Shown in pieces: positions 12,401 through 25,550 of a DNA stretch of 64,000 nucleotides; the first letter of the stretch is position 1; each line of letters opens with the position of its first letter. The notes beneath the pieces are model-generated. The model did not search any database, had not been told where the DNA came from, and saw only the letters and a program-made list of their open reading frames with translations. The stretch lies in the NCBI GenBank assembly GCA_040954595.2, contig CM082585.2, positions 5,047,808-5,111,807 of the forward strand, given 5' to 3'. This DNA comes from Balanoglossus misakiensis (Eukaryota; Animalia; Hemichordata). The position numbers and the translations under genes are program-made.

Positions 12401-14134
12401 AAACTGGGCTGTGGCTTACCTGGCCAATTACCCGGATGTACAGACAAAGGTGCAGAATGAAATCGATGACGTCATCGGGCAAGATCGTTCCCCACTGTTG
12501 TCCGACAAGGGCCACCTGCCGTACTGTGAAGCTACCATACACGAAGTGATGCGAATAAGGACGGTTGCACCGATAGGCGTGCCCCATGCAACTCTTCAGG
12601 ATACATCAGTTGGTAAGCATGATGAAGTCCTACATTGTATATATTCTTCAGAAGTTACTCAAGACATGTGGTCAAAGCGAACTTTGTCAAGCATGTTATT
12701 AAGTATAGGTTCCAAATGGGAATCGCTTCGGGATCTATAGGAAAATCTGTATTAAACGACCCAGACGCCAATTTTGCGTCCATGCTGTACCGATATAGTT
12801 AAATAATATTTATTATACCAGTATATTGATGGTGTAAATCACGCTATTTTATTGGTCGAGACACGACACGTGACTGTGATATATTCGTCACATACCACAG
12901 TAATATATCACGCAAAACTCATAGTCAAAGAAAATGCCTTTTTAAAATGTTTTATGCAAATTTCAATATACTGGTATAATATAATAGCAATAAAACACCC
13001 CCAGCCATGGTATATCACTCGATTTTGACCAGTTCAACTCCATATACGCACTCGCTATCGCTTGTGCGTATATGTCGTGAACTGGTCAAAGTCTCGTGGT
13101 ACATGTATACCATGACTGGGGGTGTTTTATTGCTTAAACACATGTTGGCGAGGGCAATATCACGACTTTTAACCCGCACGAGGGATAGCGACCATAATAT
13201 TGACACACGGTCACATCGCCCACCAACGGGCCATAAACTCTGTCAACCATGTTATATCAGGGTTTTTTCCTATGTCACGTGATTTGGTCTCAACCAATCC
13301 AGAGTACGGAGTGCAGCCGTTGATTTGGAATATCATTGCAATGTACAGCGAAATCCTACAATTAATGTTTTCAATGTTTTGTATAGGTGGATACAACCTC
13401 CCAAAAGGGACACAGATCTGGACCAACCTGTGGAACTTGCACATGAACAGCAAACACTGGAAAGAGCCTGAGGAATTTCGTCCAGGTAAATTCGAAACAA
13501 CAAATACAGTGTGTAACGTTTATAAGATTTCGAAATACTGTACAGTGGGTAATGTCAACATTGGCAGAAATATTATCCCATCTAACATCTAAAGTTCGTT
13601 AATAGCTGTACCATTGTCCCTACAAAGTATTTGTTTAAATATAGAAATATGTCGTCACTGCCCGAGTCTATCTCATCGGCATATTTCCATCTGCACACAG
13701 AGCGATTCTTGGATCAGGAAGGGAAAGCTATACCGAAACCAGAGAGCTACCTTCCCTTCTCTGCTGGGCGTCGCGTGTGCTTGGGCGAGGCGCTGGCCAA
13801 GAATCAGCTCTTCTTGCTGTTCGTCAGCCTGTTTCAGCAGTTTACCTTCTTGCCAGCGCCGGGCAAGGAGAAGCCGGGCCTGAACCCCACCTTCGAAGGA
13901 CTCATAACAAGATGTCAACCATATGAGGTCGTTGCCAGGCACCGCATCACCGAAGAAACAGAAATTCAACATCAGTCTGGCCGTGTCGATGAGCAAGATG
14001 TGCATAAAAGTGACGTGGGCCCTGATCATGATTCAAAGCCACTTTCATCTGAAGAAACAGAAATTCAACCTCAAAGTGACCGTCTCGATAAGCAAGATGT
14101 GACAAAGCCACTTTCATCTCTGCATGGAAAATAG
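9412..14134 (+). CDS. Cytochrome P450, clan 2 (CYP17-like), 568 aa; exons 9412-9580, 10056-10229, 10533-10626, 10907-11068, 11281-11489, 11785-11910, 12373-12612, 13387-13485, 13701-14134
   Basis: N-terminal TM anchor followed by PPGPRGWP; WKALR (WxxxR); AGIDTT I-helix; EVMR (ExxR); PERF; heme motif PFSAGRRVCLGEALAK. The 1707-nt spliced frame is open. Confidence 0.93.
11551..11748. repeat. Compound (GTCT)/(GTAT)n/(GCAC)/(CAC) microsatellite
   Basis: Visible directly in CYP intron 5. Confidence 0.95.
12808..13135. mobile_element. Two adjacent foldback structures (MITE-like) in CYP intron 7
   Basis: tattataccagtatattga..tcaatatactggtataata (~12810-12982) and gcaataaaacacccccagccatggtata..tataccatgactgggggtgttttattgc (~12987-13133). 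Confidence 0.6.
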
Positions 14135-14486
14135 CAGTTAAAATCTAAAGTGATTGTACACATTTCTCTTTCGAGATATCAACCAATATGAGTCTAAGAG
14201 CTTGGAGAACTAGATAAAGCATAGTTATATTACATAAATACTATAAATTTGAAGCGATTATCCAACTATAAAATTAATTTGTTTCCTTATATCATAATGT
14301 ACAGTGTTAATGAGACTTTTGTGGTAAACTATAATATTCCAGAGAGTATTGCCTATGCAAGAAAGACCACCTAATGATCAAGAACGCAGGCATATTCTCC
14401 CCTACCAAGCAAAATGTATTTTTTCATAATACAGTATAAGGCTATTCACAAAATACCGGGATTTATGTCCGAGTACATTGTACAGC

Positions 14487-14686
14487 AGAATAATTCTGTT
14501 TGTCATGACAACGTTATTCTGGTTTCTCTCATTGTTACCACTGTCGCAGTCATCATCCGGTCTATGGCTATCATTGAAAAGTAATCAAAATGGGACTGCT
14601 AAAGTCTAATTATCGCTCTGGCAGCCAATTGAGCAACTGCAGTATATGGTTGGTTGCATGATGGTACCCGTCATTGGAGCAATTTG
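14487..14686 (+). pseudogene. Decayed 5' fragment (UTR plus first ~30 codons) of the orphan gene at 41814
   Basis: attctgtttgtcatgacaacg..aaaatgggactg..gcagtatatggttgg..ttggagca aligns by eye to 41690-41910. It is frameshifted just after MGLL. Confidence 0.8.
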
Positions 14687-15203
14687 CAAGTGCGACAGCA
14701 AACAGACCATTCAAATAGCATGCGAACCCAAATGGGTTCATATTTTGACTAAAACCGTCAATTACATTATATAATTGTGACAACAGATCTAAATCCAGAA
14801 ATCATGAATTGAAAAAGATGCTAATGCGTACGACCTACATAGGCTATTTGCAATACTATCGTAGTGGAAAATGTTCTTGATTATATTATTTTGCATGCAC
14901 AAGAAATAAATGACGCATACTGTATCTTGGCACCAAGGTAATTGAAAATAAAAGTATCGCACCATAACGTAGGCCGTTATTAGGTGATATTCTATGCCCT
15001 ATTGTTGCAAAATCTTCAATTATAAAATGTAACCCTCCTCATGTTGAGGTCGGGGTCGTACATTGTGAACCCTCCCATCTTGAAGTGAGTGCGTAACCTA
15101 TGGCCATGTCCCCGAGACCTCCGGCCCAACCCCTGTAATGACTAAAATTTTCCCCAATTCGTTTTATTCTTCCCGCCAATAACTTCGATGCGAGTCTTCA
15201 TTT

Positions 15204-18200
15204 TCACATTTTCTCCAAGTTGATAAGTAATCCATATGGTACAATGGCGCCTCTCTCCTCCGTAGACCACTCCAGCTCGGAGTCGCGGAAACCTTCGTCA
15301 ATAGGAGGACTCGTCTTACTAGGTTTAACTGTTTCCCTACCGGTGGTATAGGACCCAGGTCGAATCCAACAATGGAAAGCTACTTTTGCCCTGTACAAGT
15401 TGCCATCATAATCACGAAAACTGAAAAAAATAAACTTTAGTTTATCTATCTCTTTATACAAAGGCAATTATTGTAGTTTTTTTCATGCAATATTTTACAA
15501 ATTAAAAAATAATGTCAAAATTTCCGCCTTCGAAGAAATCATTAAAATAAAAGCAGATATATAAAATAAAAATAAACAAAGCGGCCAGAAAGCATATAGT
15601 AGTCATTCAAGTAAGGGTCTAACAAGGTTCTCAAGTCTTCAAAGTCACTGTACAAGCATTAAATGAATGTTGTTGATTTTGCAAAGAAAACAGAACAGAT
15701 AATTTTCTAAGAAATGTGGATAGATAGATGAATACTAGTGGACAGATAGATAGATATATAGATAGATATGCATATACATACATACACACACACGTACATG
15801 TACATACATACATACATACATACATACATACATACATACATACATACATACATACATACATACATACATACATACATACATACATACATACATACATACA
15901 TACATACATACATACATACATACATACATACATACATACATACATACATACATACATACATACATACATACATACATACATACATACATACTTTTCATTC
16001 AGAAAAAAAAACAATTGTGCGGAATAAGTCGTAAATGAAAATGGCAGGATTTACCCGTGAGGTTTGGCATAAACATCCATGCCAGCATATTTGATGGTTG
16101 GTGATACGAACATCTGATTGATGTTAAATCCATCTGGTTTGAATTTTTCATTATAATGCCCCTCTCCAGTGGACAACTTCTTTCCCCCTAAAGCAACATC
16201 GCCTGTTTTTGGGAAAATAAAATTCTGAGTCGAGACTGATGCCTGAAAAGCCGCAATACAAGTTTGTAAACAAGTGTGAATTGCAATTTTTTTTTAGCTT
16301 GACATCATTTCTAGACAAATTAGTCTGGGGACACGTGGCTTATCGCAATTGACATAACTGTCTGTCTGGAGGTCTGTTCAGAGGCATAACTGCTGTCCCA
16401 ACTTTTGATATTGCGTAAATTACCTGTGTTCATTATGTGCCAATGGCAACTCACCTGCCATAAGGAGCTGACCATTGTCAATTATTTTAGGGACTGCTTC
16501 GGGCGTGGTGCCATGAAATGCCACGTGCCAAGCTAAGCCAACATTCAATTTGTCAAGTTTGTGTCTTGGGACACTGAAATGGAGAACAGAATATGGGAAT
16601 GTGACTATTGCCGCAGGGTGCTGCCCATGCAGTCGAGTGCAAGTAATGAGCAAACTGTTGAAATTGTTAATTGTTTAGAATTTCTCGGTTCACATATTGA
16701 TGATAGGTTGAATTTTAATGTCCGTATGGTTATACATTTAAAAATCAGTGTATCCATGAAAAATGTTATAGGAGTCTAATAGGACGTGTCCTTTCTTTTC
16801 ATATTACAGAGTGGTGTGACAGTTTCATTTTATTGTAAACATGGCGGGGAAAATAATCGGTGCAAAACAGAACCAACTGGGCGATCTTCAGAGGAATTTC
16901 ATTGTCAGAAAGCCAGTGTCATTGTTGACGGTTTTTCTCATCCCCTGCACCTTTTCAAAGAATTCATTTGTTCCAAGAGCAATAAATGTTTGAACTCTAC
17001 AGACAGGTGTGCGTTTTAGGGAATTCTTATAACAATTACATTTTAGATGATTGGATTAGTGTTTAATTGTGAAACTCTGGCGGTACATGTACTTTGTTTT
17101 CTTTTATCTGTAGGTGAAGCGAAGGACAAATTTGTGGACACTAAAGTTTTATTCTATTAGTTCCTATATTCTATTCAACTATTGATACTGCATTGCAACG
17201 CCCCTGTCACTGAATGATGGGGCACATAATGTTGACGATGATGGATACAAAGACAGCGCTGTGATGGTAATTAATTTTTAGGATGGAAAATGTATCAGCA
17301 TAACTAAGTGATTCACATACTTCATTGTATACCTTCTGTGATATACTAGTAGATTATGTAGAATACTGAGCAATCTTCCAGAAAATTATGATGCTAGGAG
17401 TACAATGTTTATGAAGAACACAAGATTAGTACAGTCAGAATATTTACGCCAGGGTAAAACGTGCCCATCCAATCGGAATAGCGTATTTTGCAGGTGGGTT
17501 TCCTCTCAGATAATAATCCCCATCGCCTCTATCCTTGTGACAAATTTTGCAGAAACAAAGGTGCATATGATCGGTTGACCAACAAGAATCTGTCAGAAGG
17601 AAAATAATTAATTAGCTATTCAGCTCATATAAACATCATTTATATACAGAGCAAAATTTACACTCTGTATTCATGTAAACCATGTTGAAACGGAAAATAC
17701 ATTTGCCTTCATAAATATCATAAGATTCGTAAGATCATACACGAATAATATAAATAAATTCTTGAATTAATTAAAAGCAAGACAACAGCACTCTTGCTGG
17801 GAAATATGTTAGTCATACTGTACTAAATGTAAATGGCCGCAATATCAAAATTCCGATTCGGAAATAACCAGTTTCTATTAAAGCTACAGTTGCACGTGAA
17901 ATGAAAAATTATTTGTTAAAAGCTCAATCATCTTGCTCACGTAATTTGCATTGAATGATCAGTTCTGTAAACAGCCAATCACATGGAATTAGTTGACTGC
18001 ATTCAGGTCCATAACTTGAAGGATGGCGGATTTCAAAACTACTATACAATATTACTTATAAAAATACCAAATCTGTAATCACCTCCTAGATCCATACTTT
18101 CCATGTACTCTTCGCACTTCTTAAAGTACGGACATTTAGCACTTATATCTATCAAAACAAAACATATTATTATATTGGTGATGTGTCCATTTACCTAACA

Positions 18201-19316
18201 TATACAAACGAACATAGTGTTACATGGGATAGAATTTTGTCATTCGAATAATAAAGTGTGCACGATGAAGTGTTACGATGGTACATGACGAGAGAGGAGA
18301 ATAGACAGTGCAGAGAGACAGATAGAGACAGGCAGAGAAAGACAAATATTTACAAGTGATTATAGTAAGATACTTATATTCAGTATAGCGGGATTATTCG
18401 TAGCAATGTAACACCAGTTTAACTTTAGATAAGACCCTCTTCCCACATATCGCATCAAATTACACAGGTCTGGAGACAAACTGGTGCAGTTTTCGCGTTA
18501 CAATATCTTGCAGAGTGTGATGCAACTATAATCTTTTGCATTAATGTCTAGTGGCTCTGTTGCGATGAAACATACACCTGTTTTTCATTTTACTTAGGGA
18601 CAGCCTGACAAAGGTAAAATATATGCACTAATAGATTGACAAACTAACCATCTGGATGACCCTTTCCAGGCTGTCTTCTGTACCCTGTTGTTGTAAAGGA
18701 GGGAGGTAATGTTATAACTGTTGTTTGCATGAAGTAAGTGATCATGAGGACTTATAGCGACCCGTGTTTAATTGGGATGAAAAGCTTTTTACTTGATAAA
18801 GTTTTCACCATTCCTTGTTACAAACATAAACCGGTGCAAAGAGCTCCAAAACTCAAAAGGGCAAACGTAATGACAAACGTAATTTTTAATGAGAAAATCA
18901 TAAACGTTTTGTAATCTAACCTCTCAGAGGGCCAGATCCACTTGTCTTCTTCCGGCGTTCACTGGGATCTACCAAGCAATAACATAATACAATTGTTCGA
19001 ACGTACGTACGTACGTACGTACGTACGTACATACATATATACATACATACGTACATACATACGTACATACATACATACATACATACATACATACATACAT
19101 ACATACATACATACATACATACATACATACATACATACATGTACATACATACATACATACATACATACATACATACATACATACATACATACATACATAC
19201 ATACATACATACATACATACATACATACATACATACATACATACATACATACATACATACATACATACATACATACATACGTACGTACATACTGTTACCT
19301 ACCTACCTACATACCT

Positions 19317-19355
<39 letters not shown>

Positions 19356-19469
19356 CATGCATACATACATACATACATACATACATACATACATACATAC
19401 ATACATACATACATACATACATACATACATACATACATACATACATACATACATACATACATACATACA

Positions 19470-19500
<31 letters not shown>

Positions 19501-20060
19501 TATATATTATAGTGTGAATTTTAATAGACTTTGGATTGCTATCAGTACCTTTTTGGCCATTATCCTCACGTACCCGGCAGGCTTGCATAAAGTGTTTAGC
19601 AATATCTGAAAAAAAATTATACAATTAACACAGACAGACAAACGGCATCAAAGCATTATGATCAACACTAGACATCAGGTACGTTGCTAAAATTTAATTT
19701 CACCTTCTCCTTCGTCTTCTTCGTCCCATTCGTATTCTTGGCTACTGGACTGAAATTAAACAAACAAACAAAAGTTAAGAATAAAGGTACTTTACGCAAG
19801 ACAGTAAGGTTACAATTTTAGAATTACAAGCTTCACAATATTGTAAGCTGACGAAAATGCACACAAAATCCATAAATAAACTAATGAAAAAATCTAAAGT
19901 ATTGTTGTCTTTGTACGTGTTATTACATGAACAATCTTACCTAACAAATGCAAATATTTTTGATTCATTTCTCTTGAATTTGAAAAGCAATAAAAATTTA
20001 GAATAACTTTCCAAGACTCCTGTACATTACCAAAAATAACATATGTATACTTACAGACAT
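15204..20060 (-). CDS. Stand-alone NEURL4-type ADP-ribosyltransferase-domain protein, 294 aa; exons 20060-20055, 19749-19704, 19605-19549, 18968-18921, 18684-18649, 18148-18083, 17589-17448, 16573-16455, 16202-16055, 15420-15204
   Basis: Spliced protein contains CFCKICHKDRGD..RGNPPAKYAIPIGWARF, WHVAFHGT, FVSPTIKYAG, AKVAFHCWIRPGSY and ELEWSTEERGA. These match the NEURL4 C-terminal domain (CYCESC..RGD, WHMAYHGS, SPSLQYAG, VRPGSY, ELEWVTKEKGA). The 885-nt frame is open. The small 5' exons are less certain than the last five. Confidence 0.82.
15720..15990. repeat. (GATA)/(TACA)n microsatellite
   Basis: Visible directly. Confidence 0.95.
19001..19498. repeat. (ACGT)n/(TACA)n/(CA)n microsatellite
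   Basis: Visible directly. Confidence 0.95.
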
Positions 20061-20346
20061 GTCGACTTTAACTCTTCTTACCGGAAAATCAATGCTTAAA
20101 GAATGAAACAACGATAACAATAATTATTAATAAAGAATTTCCACACAATTTTCACCAAAGGGGTATCTCGGCCCAAAAAGAACAAAACTCATGTCCGTTT
20201 TGATGGCGCATGATTTTATGGCGCTGAACATATTCATTTTTTCCTAAATTCCACTAAAAATAGCCGATTGCTATGAAAAATTTGTTAAGAGAGAGAGAGA
20301 GTATCACGAGGCAAAGGGAACAAATATGACACTTTCCATGGATACA

Positions 20347-20360
20347 GTTTCCATGATAAC
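20347..20360. promoter_or_regulatory. RFX X-box motif GTTTCCATGATAAC upstream of the ART gene start codon
   Basis: Matches the consensus GTHNYY-AT-RRNAAC. It lies ~290 bp upstream of the ATG, within a putative 5'UTR intron (donor near 20484). Function is untested. Confidence 0.35.
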
Positions 20361-21268
20361 CATTTAGAAGAGGTAGAACAAGTATTTTTGGTCGCAAAGA
20401 ATAGTTTGGGGGTTTTACGACCACAATTTAATTGGTTGGTTAAAAATTGGGGTCATATTTTACAACGAACGAATGCTCACTCACGTGTGGACATCCGGAC
20501 TCGGAGACTGCGGCCTATTTTCACAATTTAACAACGCCTACGTGACTGTGGATCGAAACTGATGACATGTGCAATATTGTAGGCAAACCAGGGTAAAATC
20601 CCTGCGGGGTTATTCATGTCAGAAGCGACGAGCTTCCTTCCTTCTACGGTTTGCTAGAACAGCTGACTGCCTGCAGGGCTACAGGCTACACAACTTCACA
20701 AGTGTCTATTCATGGGTGCAAAAATCTACTGCGAAAATCCCGTAATTGTGTCAAATATAGATTTCGTACACTGTCAAAAGTTTTAAGACTCAGAAATCCT
20801 GCACTACATGACATGACCCTTGTTGGGGTAGGTAAACGATACAATGACATATTAGGCTAGCCGGAATGCACGAAGATTTGGCCTTATTTATCTGACCCTT
20901 ATACAATGCCAGGTCACGCTCCATATATGTACTATGAGCATGAGTCGGCGACTATTTCTCCGAAGTTAAACACGAAAGCATGTTGACTCACTTAAGGCTA
21001 GAACTAGTTTACTTTGAATTCTTTGCATATGAATGCAGAGGGACAATAAATTAAAAATCAAAACAGTTTTCAGGTCAGACTTCAAAATCAAATTAAAAGA
21101 TCAAAAGTAAAAAATGCGATAAATAATACAGAGATCACGTTACAAAATTAGTTAAATCTACTGCCCATCATAGTGCAGTCGTACGTTCTTTCACTTTCGC
21201 TCTGAACTGGTAAACTGCAGTCAATCACCCGAATCGACCCACTATTGATTTGCTGTTAGTCTAGTGAT

Positions 21269-21345
21269 AGTTTTACAGTCGTATACAAGTTCTAGTTTTA
21301 CAGTCGTATACAAGTTCTAGTTTTACAGTCGTATACAAGTTCTAG
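21269..21345. repeat. 25-bp perfect tandem repeat x3
   Basis: Unit agttttacagtcgtatacaagttct. Confidence 0.9.
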
Positions 21346-22779
21346 ATATTAACTCAGGTCAGTGGCTCAGAGAGTGGCTTAGCGACCACTTCATAACTGT
21401 ATGTCAAAGGCCAATCTTACAGCAAACGCAGTCGTTTTTCAGAGAGTGGCTTAGCCTTTCACATGCAAAGTGAGTTTCGTTTGAGGTCACATACGAAGTG
21501 AAACATGCACACGTTAAGGAAAGTCTAACCATTTGCGAACCTATCAAACTATACATTACTCCCTTTCCCCGCACAGATTTAGACGTGATGGCTGTGACCA
21601 ATTCGGCTGAAATTGGTCGTCGCCACCTCGTCTATTAATATTCATGAGTTTGCTTTTCTTGTTAATGAAAATGTATGGGATTTTATTTTACATCAGGTTG
21701 ACAAGAGCAATTCGTAGAATGAATTAAAACACACTTTCCAAGACGAATAAAGCCTAATTGAATGGCCTAAACCGTGACAAATTAGTTGGTTCCACACATT
21801 TCACCACAAATAGAGTACTAACGTTCATTGGAAAGGGACAATTTGAAGCCGCCCAAGCTCGTGCCCCGAGACTCGGTTCTCGGGAACCTGTGATCTTTCA
21901 CAGATAAACCGAGTTGCGTCAGCAGATCTAGTTCAGACTCAAACTTCAACTCTGTATGAAAACCAAGCTTTCCTTAAATGTGATAAAGGTCATGACCGAC
22001 CCCCTGGCAATCGTGACTACTTGCGGCTTGCCGTATCACCTGGTTATACCTGAAATTCACGACGTATTATGCATTTAGTTTCTAAGAGGACACTTACCAG
22101 GCAATCGACTCAAGCGGAAACCGAGTCTGAATGTCTTTAATCAAGGTGACGTTTATAGTCCCCGCTCAGTATGGTAAATTTAACTTCCACACGACCCTCG
22201 CCTCGCATATGGCTCAAACATACGTATTTACACGTACTTCCTTTTGCCGTATATGGTATAATTTCACCCTTTTCTGACACGCGGCATAAATTAGTACATT
22301 AGTAGCGGGCGCAGCACGAGCGGCCGATGAGGGATTATGGGAAATAGAACGTATATCTCTATATACCTCGAGTTCGAAAAGTGCGTCCTGTATCTATGGG
22401 GGCAGCCATTAATTTTGATCTCTTCCTTAAAACGTAAAACCAAAGTCGTTATTGATCGCAAATCCTACTCAGAAATGTACAGCGACCACAAGACCATCAA
22501 AGACGGTGGAATACATACACGATAGCTTGCTGCGCTCGCACTCAGGTCAAACCTGTTATAACAGTAATGTATTATTGGAAAAAAAAAATGAAATGGGATC
22601 TTTTCTGTTTGTCCACTTCAAAATATATCCTTCGATATGATCAGCAAGTACTGTTCGAATGTTTAGGTGAAATTTGTTTGCTGTGTGCGCACAACTGAGT
22701 GTCGCTCAATTTGCATAATCTACAGCCGATCAGCGCAGAATCAAATTGGCACATGCGGCGGTTTACTATGTGCACTAGC

Positions 22780-23001
22780 TAATCTGGTCCCCTTCCCCAT
22801 TCCCTCCGCTGGCTGCGCTACGCTAAAGGGAAAGGGTCAGGCACGGGCGTTTGGTAACATGGCTCTCATTGGCGTACGGACATTGTAGGCATCCATCTTG
22901 TTTATGATCACGTGGTCTTTTTCGGGAAGTACTTAGTACCTGACCCCTTTCCCTATAGCGTAGCGCATCCAGTGGTGGGAATGGGGGAGGGGACCAGACT
23001 A
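22780..23001. mobile_element. MITE with ~60-bp GC-rich terminal inverted repeats
   Basis: tctggtccccttccccattccc..gggaaagggtcagg pairs with cctgacccctttccc..gggaatgggggaggggaccagacta. Confidence 0.7.
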
Positions 23002-24232
23002 TATTTTGCCAGACAGCGCCACCAATGGCTGAAGTGGCTTACGTTGCACTCAGTGTGTCACATACGTGTTAACATCTAGCTAGTTTCCAGAACATACATT
23101 TCTGGCATGTCTGAAAAGAATTCTATTGATTTAGAGGAAGATGCAAAAAAGTTTAAAAGTGTTGATGATGCTTTGAGATTCGCAATACTTGCTTTGGTTT
23201 TCATACGTTTTAGTGCAAACTTCCAGCAAATAAATTATAACTGAATTTATAGAACATTCTGATATTGGATTGGAAATCATACTAGCAAACTGACTGCATA
23301 TTAGTCATAGCTTTAACATTGTTGGTAATTGTTTAATAAATCCATTTTGCCAGTTCAATTACCTGTTAATGTTTTAGTTGCCAGCATTATGAGCAATACC
23401 CATAAAAGTCCTCACATGTCCCACTTGTTCAGTGTTAATGACGTCACATTACTACTATGCGGTATTGACAGAATGGCATTGCTATTCCAACAATGGTGCT
23501 CCACCCCTACATACCTCACAACACATTTCTCTCTGAATTTCAACTTCCCAGGGGTACGTGTAAACGTATTTTCACATTTTTGAGGTTTCTATGTTGATTC
23601 GCACTTTCACGTCAACAAGTTCACATCCTGCCACCATCCTGCCATCTACACATTAAATTTCACTGTAATACACGCTAATGTTTTCAAATTTACATCTATA
23701 TTGTTGATGGGACACACAATATCCACTTAGCTCTCTACACTCATTCACACAAAACCAACTCTAGTCTCCATTCCCATTCCACCTTGGCAACATTCAAACT
23801 TAACACATTCAAAAGCATACACACACAATACAGGTCAATTTTACATGAGTAGCGGTTCATGTACTTTATTGGATGAACTGAAAATTTACCCCGCACCAAA
23901 ACCCAGAGGTAAAACCCTTATTTCGAGATAAGGGAAACCCTCTGGGAAAGCGTAGGTAACTGCACATTCGCCAAGTTTAGAAATAATTTGAAATTAATGC
24001 CTCTTGGAAACCTAACGTTCAAATAAACATGCTAATCTGGCATACAATATGCATGCATTGGTTTGGAGAAAGAAAATATTGAAAAGTTTTACAATACCAA
24101 GCAAAATTTGGTATTGAAAATTTTAAAGTAAAACTGATAAAAAATTATACTTCATCTCTGAATGAATAGTGTTCTCAGTAAATCATAACAGGTGTTACAC
24201 TGTTCTACGTATATGTGTAACACACTAACTGT

Positions 24233-24502
24233 AACTAATCTATATGAGGATAAAACTCATCAAAACTAATCTCTATGAGGACGAAATTCATCAAAACTAA
24301 TCTCTATGAGGATGAAATTCATCAAAACTAATCTCTATGAGGATAAAATTCATCAAAACTAATCTCTATGAGGATAAAACTCATCATAACTAATCTATAT
24401 AAGGATAAAACTCATCAAAACTAATCTCTATGAGGATAAAACTCATCAAAACTAATCTCTATGAGGATAAAACTCATCAAAACTAATCTATATGAGGATA
24501 AA
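24233..24502. repeat. 31-bp minisatellite, ~8.5 copies
   Basis: Unit aactaatctctatgaggataaaactcatcaa, with no spacers. Confidence 0.92.
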
Positions 24503-24534
24503 TTGGAAATAGTCCATAAGGACAAAGAGATAAA

Positions 24535-25550
24535 CCGTTCAACGTTCAAATGTAAAATAGCTAAAAACTGAAAACTGAAATAAAGTTAACTTTTTTAAAA
24601 GTATGCCACATTGTAAACTAGTTTAATGTTCAAAAAAGGTAAATAATGTGTTGCCTCTAAGCCATGTTGTATGGGCTCGATGCAATTCAATTTATAGACA
24701 AATTCCCAGCTATTATGCCCCCCCTCTAATAAAAAAACAACAAAATAATTAAGCCTATATGGCTTCTGGAAACACATTATTTACATATAAAAATATTTCA
24801 TCAAAAAATCAAAGCACTGAAAACACTCACACAATGCATATGTATGCAACTATGTGTGAATTCATCTTCATAAACAACAATATTAACATTCATATTAAGA
24901 TGTGAAAATACTGGATATCAAATTGCTGTACTCTACACACATGTGTGAAAAGCGACTCATGAACTGATCCCAAGAAAACTTGGGAAAACTTCATTAAAGA
25001 ACCACACCCCCCCCCCACCCACACCCCCTATACTGGGAAAAAGTAGATACAGATGAACGTTCAATGTTCAAATGTAAAATAACTGAAAACCCAAAAGCTT
25101 GAAATAAAGAAAACATTCTTTTAAGTATACCGGTACTACAACATAAACTAGTTTAATGTTCAAAAAGTGTAAATAATGTGTTGCCTCTAAGCCATGTTGT
25201 ATGGGCTTGATGCAATTCAATTTATGGACAAATTCCCAGCTATTATGCCCCCCCCCCCCCTTCAAATAAAAAAAAATAATAATAATTAAGCCTATATGGC
25301 TTCTGGAAACACATTATTTACGTATAAAAAATTTCATCAAAAAATCAAAGCACTGAAAAAACACACATTGCAGATGTCTGCAATGTGTGAAATCATCTGT
25401 AGAAAAACACAAATAAACACACACACACACATCTAAAATATTTAAAAGTCAAGCTAAAGCAAAATCATAAAGTTAAAAATAAACAGATATACCGGTATAT
25501 CAAACTGTTGAACACTACACACATGCTACTAATGAACTGATCCCAGGAAA
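24535..25550. repeat. Diverged ~520-bp tandem duplication
   Basis: aaactagtttaatgttcaaaaa..gttgcctctaagccatgttgtatgggct..ggcttctggaaacacattattta occurs at ~24616 and ~25145. Confidence 0.85.

Noticed and set aside
15631-19624. MYVC/HTYI-repeat ORFs (also 11150-11817, 35974-36291, 54604-55041)
   Set aside because: Translations of microsatellites.
24233-24502. CRISPR-like array (31-bp repeat with internal palindrome)
   Set aside because: Units are head-to-tail with no unique spacers, there are no cas genes, and the context is eukaryotic.
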